Numbered from the stretch's first letter, positions 28,769-38,732 are shown. The stretch: DNA of 64,000 nucleotides from Chloroflexota bacterium (GCA_011523785.1 WTFW01000120.1:12114-76113); one strand, 5' to 3'. Translations and numbers: made by a program. Notes: generated by a model from the sequence alone, not told the origin.

Positions 28769-30631
28769 GTGAATGCCCAGGGGCTGACAGGGTTACGCCC
28801 GAGCTGGCGCCCCGCGATAGGGAGCGCAGGGTTGGCGCTTGGTTCGCTGCTGGTGATGCTGCCAGCGGCGCTGACCGGACCTGAACTGTTGTGGGTTCGC
28901 CTGGTACCGCTGGCCGCCGGGACGTTTCTGGCGACCGCCGCCGTGGTGGGGCTGCGCTTCCGGCAAGCCCACGATCGCCACCTGGAGATTGGGCTAGCGT
29001 CCGCGGGGCTGACGTTGGGTATCACCGGCGTTCTGGTCCAGGTTGGACTGCTGGCCGCCGCCGCTTGCCTGGTGCTGATCGCTCCCTTGTCGGCCGGGGC
29101 GATGCTGTGGCGTGCTCGACATGCGCCTGGAAACGGGCCCGGTTGGGTGGGCCTACGGCATCTCAAACCGGATCGCGCGGCCTGGCCCACCGCGGTCCGT
29201 GCGGTGGCGATGGGTGTGGTCGCGGTGGGACTGGCCCTGGTCGGTGTCGTCGCGGGACCGCTGCCGACGCTGGCGCTTACGGCGCTTCTGCTCTTGGCGG
29301 TAGTGGTGGCGACGCTTCGCCTTGTGTTGCCGGCCTTCGACGCGCGGGCGGCGGTCGCCGTGCTGGTTGCGCTGGCCATTGCGGCCGTCCCGTTTCGAGG
29401 AGTGGCCGAGATCCAGGTCAGCGGCATCGCGTTTGGGGCGAGCGACCTCCTGCTGCTTGGGGCGCTGGCCGTCTGGGTGTTCGGTCGTGGCGCCCGAAGT
29501 CGAGCATCCGTCCCGAGTTACACGTTCGGGCTGCTGATCTTTGCCGGCTGGCTGATGGTCACCGCACTGGCAGCGGCGAATCTGGCGCCGGTGCTCAAAG
29601 AAGTCCTGAAGTGGCTCCAGATTGCGGTGGCGCTGGTAATCCTGGCCGACCTGATGCGCGACCCGTCGGGGCGCCGGATCGTCGCCTGGGCGGTTGGCGC
29701 GGCGGTCCTCCTGCAGGCCGGACTGGGACTGGTCCAAACGGCGGCAGCGGCGGGTCCCGGCGGGTTCGTAGTGGGCGGCGTCCTGCGCGCGTATGGGACC
29801 TTCGATCAGCCGAATCCGTATGGGGGCTACCTGGGCATTCACTTGCCGCTCATCCTGGCGGCCGCCATCTATGCGCGGGGCTCGCGGCGGCGCTGGCTGG
29901 TCCTGCTGGGCATCGTCGTATTGGCGGGCATTGTGGCCAGCCGGTCCAGGGGCGCCTGGCTAGGCGTGGGCGCCAGTTCGCTGCTTGTGGCGCTGATGGC
30001 CGGTCGTCAGGCGTCGCGGCGAGTTCGCGGCGCGTTGGTCCTGGTCGCCGCGGCGGTGCTGGTCGCCTCGCTTGTACTCCTGGGCGGGGCGTTGGAGCGG
30101 ACGCTGCCGCCCGACATTTCGCGGATGTTGCAAGGCGAGCACCCGGTGGACGACGTTGTGCGTGACCGCGCGCATGACGACTTTGCGGTCGCGCAGCGGG
30201 TGGCGCACTGGGCGGCGGGGTTGCGGATGTTTCAGGATCGGCCCCTGCTGGGCGTTGGCGCCGGGAACTTTGACGATGCCTATCGCGCCTATGCGTTACA
30301 GCCCTTCGACGAACCCCTGGGGCACGCGCACAATGTCGCCCTGAACTTCGGCGCCGAAGCCGGCTTGCCCGGCATGCTCATATTCGCTGGCCTCGTCCTT
30401 TGGGCGCTTGGTATCGCTGTGGGCGCGGTCCGCCGGGCACGCGGCGCGGCGTTTGAATGGGGCGCCGTAGGCGCGCTGGGCGCCCTGGTCGGCTTTGCGA
30501 CGCACAACCTGGTGGACAGTCTGTTTGTGAGCGGAATGGGGATTTCATTCGCGCTGATCCTGGCGCTGGCGCTGGCGATTCCGAAGCGGCCACGCGGCCT
30601 GGCCTCAAATGCAGAACGGGCGCTGACGTGA
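28769..30631 (+). CDS. O-antigen ligase/polymerase (Wzy_C) family membrane protein
   Basis: RAYGTFDQPNPYGGYL, SRSRGAW, PLLGVGAGNF, HAHN, EAGLPG; many TM helices. Confidence 0.85.
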   Translation: MNAQGLTGLRPSWRPAIGSAGLALGSLLVMLPAALTGPELLWVRLVPLAAGTFLATAAVVGLRFRQAHDRHLEIGLASAGLTLGITGVLVQVGLLAAAACLVLIAPLSAGAMLWRARHAPGNGPGWVGLRHLKPDRAAWPTAVRAVAMGVVAVGLALVGVVAGPLPTLALTALLLLAVVVATLRLVLPAFDARAAVAVLVALAIAAVPFRGVAEIQVSGIAFGASDLLLLGALAVWVFGRGARSRASVPSYTFGLLIFAGWLMVTALAAANLAPVLKEVLKWLQIAVALVILADLMRDPSGRRIVAWAVGAAVLLQAGLGLVQTAAAAGPGGFVVGGVLRAYGTFDQPNPYGGYLGIHLPLILAAAIYARGSRRRWLVLLGIVVLAGIVASRSRGAWLGVGASSLLVALMAGRQASRRVRGALVLVAAAVLVASLVLLGGALERTLPPDISRMLQGEHPVDDVVRDRAHDDFAVAQRVAHWAAGLRMFQDRPLLGVGAGNFDDAYRAYALQPFDEPLGHAHNVALNFGAEAGLPGMLIFAGLVLWALGIAVGAVRRARGAAFEWGAVGALGALVGFATHNLVDSLFVSGMGISFALILALALAIPKRPRGLASNAERALT

Positions 30632-31653
30632 CTGACAGCGGAACAGAGGCTGCCGAGACCGTCGCGGACCCGACACGGACTGATCTTCGTCGGCGATTCC
30701 TCAGCTCGCGAACGCTCCTCAGCTTCCTGGTAGCCGGCGCGCTATTGGCGCTCACCTGGATCCTGGCCGACCTGCGGCTCGAGGACATCGTGTCGCGCAT
30801 CCGCTCCGCCGATCCGTGGCTGATCCTGCTGGCCTACGTCGTCTTTGCGTTGACGTTTCCCATTCGCACGCTCAGGTGGCGAATCCTGCTGACCAACGCG
30901 GTGCACCGGGAAGACGTAACCCCGCACTACCGAATGCGGGACCTCGCGCAGGTGCTCTATATCTCCTGGTTCGTCAACGGCGTGGTACCGGCCAAGCTGG
31001 GCGACATCTATCGCGCCTACATGGCACGGGCCAACTACGGCACGTCGCTCACCCGCACGCTGGGGACCATCTTCTCGGAGCGGGTGTTCGACGTGGGGGC
31101 GCTGATCATCATGGTCATGGCATCGGCCGCCTGGATTGCCAGGTCGCCGGAGACCAGCGAAGACGTAGGTCGAATCCTGGCTGTGGCGGCGCTGGCACTG
31201 GCGATCCTGGCGTTGGGCGTGCTGTTCCTGCTGGTGTTTGGCACGCCGATCTTCGCGCGGCTCCCAGAGTCGGCCGCGGCGGTTTACGAACGCTTTCACA
31301 GCGGCGTGTTCGATAGCTGGACCTGGCGGACCGGCCCGTTTCTGTGGCTGGCCAGCTTTGCCATCTGGTCGATTGAAATGGTGCGCCTGGCCATCGTCAT
31401 GCGGGCGCTTGGATTGGATCTGAACCCGGCCGAGATCGTGTTCGTGGGCACGGCGGCATCGCTGCTGCTGGCCGTGCCGACGCCGGGTGGCCTGGGCGCG
31501 GTGGAGGGCGGCCTGCTGGGCCTGATGCGGCTGATCGGCGTTGGCGGAGGCGTCGCCGGAGCGGTCGCGATTGTCGACCGGGTCATCACCTACTGGTCGG
31601 TCATCCTGACCGGCGGTCTGCTGTTCGTGTTCACCCGCCTCAAGCGCCGGTAG
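30628..31653 (+). CDS. Lysylphosphatidylglycerol synthase TM-domain (flippase-like) protein
   Basis: RTLRWRILL, NGVVPAKLGDIYR, SERVFD, PTPGGLGAVEG; GTGA overlap. Confidence 0.82.
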   Translation: MTDSGTEAAETVADPTRTDLRRRFLSSRTLLSFLVAGALLALTWILADLRLEDIVSRIRSADPWLILLAYVVFALTFPIRTLRWRILLTNAVHREDVTPHYRMRDLAQVLYISWFVNGVVPAKLGDIYRAYMARANYGTSLTRTLGTIFSERVFDVGALIIMVMASAAWIARSPETSEDVGRILAVAALALAILALGVLFLLVFGTPIFARLPESAAAVYERFHSGVFDSWTWRTGPFLWLASFAIWSIEMVRLAIVMRALGLDLNPAEIVFVGTAASLLLAVPTPGGLGAVEGGLLGLMRLIGVGGGVAGAVAIVDRVITYWSVILTGGLLFVFTRLKRR

Positions 31654-31655
31654 TC

Positions 31656-32831
31656 ATGCGCGTCGCGATTGACATTACCGCCGCGGCGACGCAACAGGCC
31701 GGGATCGGACGTTCGGTTCGTGAGCTTGTCAACGCGCTCGTAATCGAACCCGACCGACCCGATTTGACGCTTGTGTACACGCGTCGCGGGCCGTCGCGGG
31801 AAGCGGACGCGCTGGCCGTTCATGAGCGGGTGAACGTACGCCGGATTCCCGTTTCGCCCCGAGTCGCGCTGGCGACCTGGTTCAAGGCGCGGCTTCCGGT
31901 ACCGGGTGAGGCCCTGGCCGGACCGGCCCGGATATTCCATGGTCCCGACTTCACCCTGCCGCCGCTCGCGGCCGCCCACGGTGTGCTGACCGTTCACGAC
32001 TTGTCGTATGTCATCCGTCCGCAGGATGCGCATCCGCGCCAGCGCCGGTTCCTGGAGACGGCCGTACCGAAGTCGATCGATCGCGCCCGGCTGGTGATCG
32101 CGGTCTCCAAGGCCACGAAGCGCGACCTGATGCAGCGCTACGGCGTGCGGCCGCAGCGGATTCGCGTGGTTCCCAATGCGGTGCCGGACTGGTTTGGCCC
32201 GGTCACGGACGGCGACGAGCTTGCCGCGGTTCGCAAGCAGCTCGCGCTGCCTGAACGATTCGTGCTCTCCGTGGGAACCATCCAGCCGCGCAAGAACATC
32301 GAAGGTTTGGCTCGAGCGGTGTCGCTGGCGTCGGCGCGCAGCGGACTTCCCACCATCGAACACATCCATGCCGGAAGCGAGGGCTGGCTTTGCGACCGGG
32401 TCTATGCGGCCATCGAACAGGCCGGCGACCGTGTTCGCTTCATGGGCCGCGTAAGCGACGGTACGTTGCGAGCCCTCTATTCGCTGGCCTCCGCTTACGC
32501 CTATCCAAGCCACGGCGAAGGGTTTGGCATTCCCATCCTGGAAGCCTTCGCCTGCGGGTGTCCTGTCCTGACCGCGGATACTCCAGCGACCACCGAAGTT
32601 GCCGCGGACGCGGCGCTCGCGGTGGATCCCTCGGATTCGGAGGCGTTGGCGGACGGGCTCAGCACACTGCTTACAGATGAAGCGAGCCGAAGCGAACTGA
32701 TCGCACGCGGCCACGAGCGGCGGTGGGCTTATTCCTGGCGTCAGTCCGCGCAGCGCCTGATCGAGGTCTACCGGGAGGCGACCGCGGGACCGCCCGTGCC
32801 GCAGCCTTCCGGCGCGACCCGAGACGGCTAG
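31656..32831 (+). CDS. Glycosyltransferase family 4
   Basis: MRVAID, TVHDL, VGTIQPRKN, EGFGIPILEA. Confidence 0.92.
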   Translation: MRVAIDITAAATQQAGIGRSVRELVNALVIEPDRPDLTLVYTRRGPSREADALAVHERVNVRRIPVSPRVALATWFKARLPVPGEALAGPARIFHGPDFTLPPLAAAHGVLTVHDLSYVIRPQDAHPRQRRFLETAVPKSIDRARLVIAVSKATKRDLMQRYGVRPQRIRVVPNAVPDWFGPVTDGDELAAVRKQLALPERFVLSVGTIQPRKNIEGLARAVSLASARSGLPTIEHIHAGSEGWLCDRVYAAIEQAGDRVRFMGRVSDGTLRALYSLASAYAYPSHGEGFGIPILEAFACGCPVLTADTPATTEVAADAALAVDPSDSEALADGLSTLLTDEASRSELIARGHERRWAYSWRQSAQRLIEVYREATAGPPVPQPSGATRDG

Positions 32832-32855
32832 ATAGAATGCGGCGGAGCACCCGCG

Positions 32856-33494
32856 TTGAACCCTGAACACATCCCAACGTACGCCCTTGTAGGCACGATT
32901 GCCTACATGATTGGCAGCGTCCCGGCGGCGTTGCTCGCGACGGCCATCCTCAAGCGCTCGGACCTGCGCAACACCGGCTCGGGCAACCTGGGCATCCAGA
33001 ACACATTCTTCCGGGCCGGCAAGCTCCCCGCTGTGATCGCCTTGCTCTGGAACGTGGCCGCCGCCGCCTCGTCGGTGCTGCTCGCACGGGCGCTGGCGCC
33101 AAACGAGCCGGTGGTTGAACTCATCGCCATCACCGCGGTGACAACGGGCAGCATGTGGCAGGTCTTCGTACGTTTTCGGGGAAGCCGTGGGACCACAACC
33201 ATGGGCTTTGGATTGCTCGTCGCTCAGCCCGCGATCTGGGCCGTCTGCCTTGGTATCTGGCTGGTGGCCTTGCTGCCGCGTCGCCGGACGACTGACGCAA
33301 CGCCTACCGTGCACGCGCTGCTACCTGCGGTCTTTGGTCTGTACGCGTTGTTCGGTCAGACGGATCTGTGGTGGATCTACTCGATTTGGGGCGCTGTTTT
33401 GGGCGGGTTGCTTGAGTTGAAGCGGCGAACCAGCCCGGACGACGCCATGGCGCTCGGCCTGTATCGACGCTTTGGCGTCAACGTGCACCAGTAG
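32856..33494 (+). CDS. Divergent PlsY-like glycerol-3-phosphate acyltransferase
   Basis: AYMIGSVP, DLRNTGSGNLGIQN, FRGSRG; multiple TM helices. Confidence 0.7.
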   Translation: MNPEHIPTYALVGTIAYMIGSVPAALLATAILKRSDLRNTGSGNLGIQNTFFRAGKLPAVIALLWNVAAAASSVLLARALAPNEPVVELIAITAVTTGSMWQVFVRFRGSRGTTTMGFGLLVAQPAIWAVCLGIWLVALLPRRRTTDATPTVHALLPAVFGLYALFGQTDLWWIYSIWGAVLGGLLELKRRTSPDDAMALGLYRRFGVNVHQ

Positions 33495-33512
33495 GCGCGC
33501 GAGGCCCGCGCG

Positions 33513-34571
33513 CTGCGCATCGCGTTTAACGCCTACTTCCGGCGCTTTCCGGACACGGGGTCCGGCCAATACCTGAGATTCCTGGTTCGGGCACTGCGGG
33601 CGGGGTATCCCGACCTCGTGATCGACGAGCGCACACCACCCCGGTTTCCGAGCGGGCAGTCAGGCAAGGTCGCATGGGAGCAGGCAGGGTGGCCGTGGCA
33701 GGCGCGTGGCGCCGTTGGTCACGTTCCTTATCTTGCACCGCCGCTGCTCGCGCCACGGGCGGTTGTGACCGTCCACGACCTGATCCCGCTGGCGATACCG
33801 GCCTATGGGGCAGGTCGCGGCCAGGCGCTCTATTTCCGATTGGTTCGCGTGGGTTTGCGGCGGACGCGCGCCCTGATCGCGGACTCTGAGTGGACCCGAA
33901 ACGACCTCGCTAGGCTGGCAGGCGTGTCGTCTGAGCGAGTCCACGTCGTGCCCCTGGGAGTCGATGAACGGTTTCGTCCCGGCGACGCGGCCGCGCGTTC
34001 CCACGCCCGTCAACGGTTGGGATTGCCGGAACGATTCGGCCTTTTTCTCAGCACGCGCGACCTGCGCAAGAACCTGGGCGTGGTGCTGGCGGCCTGGCCG
34101 GACGTTTGGCGAACTTGCCGCCTGCCGCTGGTGGTCGCCGGGCGCTCGCCGCGCGAAGCGAGCCGGGTCTACGTCGATTGGTTCGCCCACCTCGATCCCG
34201 GCGCCGACGACTGGCTGCACGTATACGGTCCCGTGGACGAGCGAGACAAGCCCGATCTCTATCGTGCGGCGAGTGTGTTCGTCTTCCCCTCTCGTTATGA
34301 GGGCTTTGGCCTGGATCCGCTGGAGGCCATGGCCAGCGGCGTGCCGGTAATCGCCGCCAGGGCGACCTCGCTTCCCGAGGTGGTGGGCGACGCCGGGCGG
34401 CTCCTGCCGCCCGACGATCCGGCTGCCTGGACCGACGCTGTTTCGGCGGTGGCTGGCGATTCCGCGGCAGCCACCGAGATGCGCGAGCGCGGCCTGGCAC
34501 GCGCGGCAACCTTTACCTGGGCGCGCACGGCCGAACGCACTTTCGCGGTCTATCGACGGGCGGCCGCATGA
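33513..34571 (+). CDS. Glycosyltransferase family 4 (probable CTG start)
   Basis: LRIAFNAYF...GSGQY upstream of track start; TVHDLIP, RKN, EGFGLDPLEAMA. Confidence 0.88.
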   Translation: MRIAFNAYFRRFPDTGSGQYLRFLVRALRAGYPDLVIDERTPPRFPSGQSGKVAWEQAGWPWQARGAVGHVPYLAPPLLAPRAVVTVHDLIPLAIPAYGAGRGQALYFRLVRVGLRRTRALIADSEWTRNDLARLAGVSSERVHVVPLGVDERFRPGDAAARSHARQRLGLPERFGLFLSTRDLRKNLGVVLAAWPDVWRTCRLPLVVAGRSPREASRVYVDWFAHLDPGADDWLHVYGPVDERDKPDLYRAASVFVFPSRYEGFGLDPLEAMASGVPVIAARATSLPEVVGDAGRLLPPDDPAAWTDAVSAVAGDSAAATEMRERGLARAATFTWARTAERTFAVYRRAAA

Positions 34572-35665
34572 GAGTGCTGCTGGCGTCCAAGGCCCTGATT
34601 GTCGGCGCGCATCACGACAAGCTGCGGGCGCTGGGCGCCAACCCCGATCTGGACTTGCTGGCCGTGGCGCCCGACCGTTGGGTTGAGCAGGGTCAAGTCC
34701 AGGTTGCCGAGCGCCCACCGCCGCGCGGTTACGAGATGGTTTACACGCCGCTGGCTCTCAACGGGCGCTATCACCTCTTCTGGTTTCGCCGGCTGCGCCA
34801 GGTCCTGCGCCACTTCCGGCCGGAGGTGCTGCACATCGACGAGGAGCCCTACAACCTGGCCACGGCCATCGCCTGCCGCGACGCCGTGCGCTACGGCGTA
34901 CGTCCGGTCTTCTTTGCCTGGCAAAACCTCTATCGGCGCTACCCGCCGCCGTTTCGCTGGATCGAACGCTACGTGCTTGCGCGGGCGGACGCCATCGTGG
35001 GCAGCGAGGACGCTGGCGAAGTCATTCGGCGCAAGGGCCACACGCGCCGAATCGAGGTGATCCCGCAATTTGGCGTGGATCCGGAGCTGTTCGCGCCTCG
35101 CCCGCGGCCGCGAGACCCGGATCGCTTCGTGGTTGGATACGCCGGCCGGCTGGTCGCCGCCAAGGGCGTGGACGTGCTGATTCGCGCCGTCGGCGCCATT
35201 GGAAGAGATGTCGTCCTGCGCCTCGCCGGAACCGGACCCGCCGAGCCGGACCTGCGGCGTATGGCCGCCGCCATGCCTGACGTCGTCTTCGAGGGCGCGC
35301 TCCCCAGCGCCGACATGCCGGCCTTCTACAACGGGCTGGATGCGTTCGCGCTGCCGACCGTCGGGCGCCGCGGCTGGACGGAGCAGTTTGGCCGAGCTGC
35401 GGTGGAAGCCATGGCCTGTGGCGTGCCTACCATCGTGTCCTCCACTGGTGAGCTCCCGCATGTTGTGGGCCAGGCCGGCGTGGTTGTGCCGCCTGCCGAC
35501 GCGCATGCCCTGGCGCATGCGTTGGACCGACTGCGCGACGACCCGGACGGCCGCGAACAACTCGCCCAGGCCGGCCGCGCCCACGTGCTGCAGCGCTACA
35601 CCACGCAGGCCGTAGCCGACGCAACGGCGGCCTTTTATCGCTCAGTCGTCAGCGACGGAGGCTGA
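34568..35665 (+). CDS. Glycosyltransferase family 4
   Basis: HIDEEP, YAGRLVAAKG, EQFGRAAVEAMACG. Confidence 0.92.
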   Translation: MRVLLASKALIVGAHHDKLRALGANPDLDLLAVAPDRWVEQGQVQVAERPPPRGYEMVYTPLALNGRYHLFWFRRLRQVLRHFRPEVLHIDEEPYNLATAIACRDAVRYGVRPVFFAWQNLYRRYPPPFRWIERYVLARADAIVGSEDAGEVIRRKGHTRRIEVIPQFGVDPELFAPRPRPRDPDRFVVGYAGRLVAAKGVDVLIRAVGAIGRDVVLRLAGTGPAEPDLRRMAAAMPDVVFEGALPSADMPAFYNGLDAFALPTVGRRGWTEQFGRAAVEAMACGVPTIVSSTGELPHVVGQAGVVVPPADAHALAHALDRLRDDPDGREQLAQAGRAHVLQRYTTQAVADATAAFYRSVVSDGG

Positions 35666-35670
35666 GCCGT

Positions 35671-36942
35671 TCAGCCGCTGACGATGTCGCCTTCGACCGG
35701 GTCGGCGCGGATGCCCTGGGCCTCCACCCACTCGATGGCGGCCTCGAGCTCGGAGCGCTCGCCTTCCAGCATCAATTGCACCCAGCCAATGCCCGCGTCG
35801 ATGTCGGCGCGACGCACGTTGAACTTCAGGTGAAATCGCCGAGCCAGCTCGTAAAGGATCGGTTCCTGGATTCGGTCTGACGGATAGGTCAACTGGATCC
35901 GAATCCGCGCTGGCCCGTGGTCAACCAGCCGCCCCGCGGATCCATGCACCGCATCGTCAACGTCCACGGGCGCGCCGCGCTCGGCTGACGCGCGCAAGGC
36001 ATCCAGCACGTTCAGCGTGCGGATCGCATCGTGCCCGTCAACGCTCGGAGGTCGACCCAGGTGCACGGCGGTGGCGAACTCCGCCATCTCGGCGTCGTAC
36101 ATCGGCTGCAGGGGGTCCGACTGCACGTATTCGACTGTCGGCCGGCGGAATTCGTGGGCGCCGGAACTCTCGATGTCGATCTGCCCGCTTTTCCAGTCCG
36201 ACCGGATTCGTCCCCGGTCGCCGGTGATTTCGAGATGGTCGTACGCGACGCCGGCGGCCTGGCTGAGGCTGATGGTGGCGCTCACGCCATCGGCAAACTC
36301 AATAACGCCGGATATGGACTCATCGCTCCCGGTGTCCTCCCGGTACGTCATGTGCGCGTAGGCGCGAACCACGGGCTGGCGGTGCAGCCAAAGCAATTGG
36401 TCCACCAGGTGAGATCCCAGGAACAGCAGTTGCCCGCCGCCGCGGGCGGGATCCGCCAGCCAGCCCGGCAGCGGTGGGCTGCCCTTGGCGGCCGCCAGGG
36501 TGCGAATGTTGCCCACCACGCCGCGCCGGACCAGGTCACGGGCGCGGGTGCGCACGTCGTTGAATCGCAGGCAATAGGCGGGCATGTAGGTGAGCCCGCG
36601 ACTGTTGGCGGCCTCCACGACTCCCGCCACCTCGGTCGCATTCAGCCCGGCGGGCTTCTCCACCAGCACGTGCAGGCCGGCTTCGATACAGGCCTGCGTG
36701 ATCGGGACCAGGTCGTCGTGCGGCACGGCAATCACCGCAGCGTCGGCATGGCCGCCGGACGTCAACTCCTCCACGCTGGTCAGCACTTCGGCCACGCCAT
36801 GGGCAGTCTTGCGAGCCGCCGCGGGGTTTACGTCAACGCACGCGCTCAGGGCCACGCCGTCGGTGGACCACACGGCCGGAGCCAGGCGCGTACCGCCGTG
36901 AGCTCCACACCCGATCAGCGCAATCCGAAGGTCAGTAGTCAT
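35671..36942 (-). CDS. Gfo/Idh/MocA oxidoreductase fused to C-terminal NIL domain
   Basis: IGCGAHG, HVLVEKP, GGGQLLFLGSH; C-term LTYP...EPILYELARRF...NVRRAD...WVQLMLEG...PVEGDIV. Confidence 0.82.
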   Translation of the reverse strand: MTTDLRIALIGCGAHGGTRLAPAVWSTDGVALSACVDVNPAAARKTAHGVAEVLTSVEELTSGGHADAAVIAVPHDDLVPITQACIEAGLHVLVEKPAGLNATEVAGVVEAANSRGLTYMPAYCLRFNDVRTRARDLVRRGVVGNIRTLAAAKGSPPLPGWLADPARGGGQLLFLGSHLVDQLLWLHRQPVVRAYAHMTYREDTGSDESISGVIEFADGVSATISLSQAAGVAYDHLEITGDRGRIRSDWKSGQIDIESSGAHEFRRPTVEYVQSDPLQPMYDAEMAEFATAVHLGRPPSVDGHDAIRTLNVLDALRASAERGAPVDVDDAVHGSAGRLVDHGPARIRIQLTYPSDRIQEPILYELARRFHLKFNVRRADIDAGIGWVQLMLEGERSELEAAIEWVEAQGIRADPVEGDIVSG

Positions 36943-36987
36943 TGGGAAGCGGCGCCACGGCACAAGGTGGCCGCATTCTAGGCGACG

Positions 36988-37824
36988 CTAGAAGTCGCGG
37001 CGGTTGAAGGTGCGAACGGCGAACCCCAGCGCCAGTGCCAGGTGCAGCCCCGCGATCAGCAGCATCCAGCCGGAGGGCGGGTTGCTGGCGCCGAAGGGGC
37101 CCGCGCTCAATTCGCCGGCGAAGCCGCCGGTTGCCAGCTGGGCGCTGGCCATGTCCCAGATGGCGCGGGTGGGAACCAGGACGCTGCTGAAGACGCCAAT
37201 GTTGAACATGACCGCGCTTTCCAGCACGTCGCCGATCTGCTCGATCACGCCGCCAATCAGCGCCGTCGCGTACAGCGTGAAGACAATCACGCCGTTCGGC
37301 AGCGGGCTCAGGCGGGAGTTGCCCGCCAGCGCCAGTCCGATCAGCAGCATCGAGGCCAGCAACATCAGGAGCGGACCGGACCAACTGGCGCCGACAAGCT
37401 GGCCGGTGATCACGGCCACGATCAGGATCATCAGGCTGGCCGAGACGCCGATGAAGACCGCCAGCATCAACGCGAAGCCAACGAACTTCCCCAGCACGAT
37501 TTCGGCGCGGCGCACCGGTCGGGCCGCAATGGCGTGCAGCGTGCCCTGGTCCACTTCGCCCCCGAGAGCGCCAACAGACAGAAAGATGGCCAGCACCGAG
37601 GCGATGAAGTTCAGGCTCCAGAGACCTCCGACCAGCATCAGGTTGATGACGCCTTCCGTCAGCCCGGGCGGTCCGCCGGGGGTGTCTTGCAGGTCGCGGT
37701 AGCCGAACCAGACCCCGACGCCGTAAAGCACCAGGTATCCGAAGGTCAGCAACGCCGCCGCCAGCACCACACGACGCCGCAACGCCTCGCGGAGTGTGAA
37801 GAACGCGATCAGGTGGGTGCTCAC
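36988..37824 (-). CDS. ABC-2 type transporter permease
   Basis: TLREALRRR, EVDQGTL...ARPVRRAEIVLGKF, C-term FNRRDF; six TM helices. Confidence 0.88.
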   Translation of the reverse strand: MSTHLIAFFTLREALRRRVVLAAALLTFGYLVLYGVGVWFGYRDLQDTPGGPPGLTEGVINLMLVGGLWSLNFIASVLAIFLSVGALGGEVDQGTLHAIAARPVRRAEIVLGKFVGFALMLAVFIGVSASLMILIVAVITGQLVGASWSGPLLMLLASMLLIGLALAGNSRLSPLPNGVIVFTLYATALIGGVIEQIGDVLESAVMFNIGVFSSVLVPTRAIWDMASAQLATGGFAGELSAGPFGASNPPSGWMLLIAGLHLALALGFAVRTFNRRDF

Positions 37825-38732
37825 ACGTCGCCCCGTTCGGCCACGCGCACGAACAGGTCCTCCAGCGAGTCGCCGACCTGCCGCACGTCGTAGACGGGCA
37901 CGCCGGCTTCGACGATGCGCTGCACGAGGATTGCGGTCTCTTCGTCGTTGGCAACACGCACGCGCAGTCGTCCGTTGCGCGCGCGAACCTCGGCGTCGCC
38001 CAGGGCCTGGCGGGCGGCGGCCTCGGCGCCATTGCCGGCGCGAATCTCGATTTCCTGGGCGCGCAGCAACGAGTCCAACTTGCCCTCGGCCACGATGGCG
38101 CCGTGGTCGATGATGGCTACGCGGTCACAGACTTGCTCAACCTCGGATAGCAGGTGGGAGTTCAGAAAGACCGTGACGCCCTGTTGACCGAGTTCCCGGA
38201 TGCGGTCCCTGACGTCGCGGCGTCCGATGGGGTCCAGGGCCGATGTCGGCTCGTCCAGGATCACCAGCCGAGGCTGACCCACCAGGGCCTGCGCCAGGCC
38301 GACGCGCTGCATCATGCCCTTGGAAAAGGTGGAGAGACGGTCGTCCAGGCGGTCGCTGAGTCCGACCAGTTGCAGCAGTTCACATACACGCGCGGCGCGA
38401 ACCTGGGCGGGAACGCGGGCCAGTCCGGCGTGGAAGTGCAGCAGCTCGGACGCGGTGAGCCAGTCGTGAAACCGGAAGGTCTCGGGCAAATACCCAACCT
38501 GGGCGCGCGCCGCCAGGCTACCAACCGGTTGACCCAGGACCTCGATTTCGCCGGCCGTTGGGTACGTCAGGCCCAGGATCATCTTGACGATCGTGCTTTT
38601 GCCCGCGCCATTGGGCCCCAGGAAGCCGAAAATCTCACCGTGCTCGACCGACAGGCTGACGTCGTCAACGGCGACGGTGGCGCCGTAGCGCTTGGTGACG
38701 CCGGCGAGAGTGATGGCGGGGTGGTCGCTCAG
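37821..38732 (-). CDS. ABC transporter ATP-binding protein (probable CTG start)
   Basis: Walker A GPNGAGKS lies upstream of track start; FSKGM, LDEPT, NSH. Confidence 0.92.
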   Translation of the reverse strand: MSDHPAITLAGVTKRYGATVAVDDVSLSVEHGEIFGFLGPNGAGKSTIVKMILGLTYPTAGEIEVLGQPVGSLAARAQVGYLPETFRFHDWLTASELLHFHAGLARVPAQVRAARVCELLQLVGLSDRLDDRLSTFSKGMMQRVGLAQALVGQPRLVILDEPTSALDPIGRRDVRDRIRELGQQGVTVFLNSHLLSEVEQVCDRVAIIDHGAIVAEGKLDSLLRAQEIEIRAGNGAEAAARQALGDAEVRARNGRLRVRVANDEETAILVQRIVEAGVPVYDVRQVGDSLEDLFVRVAERGDV

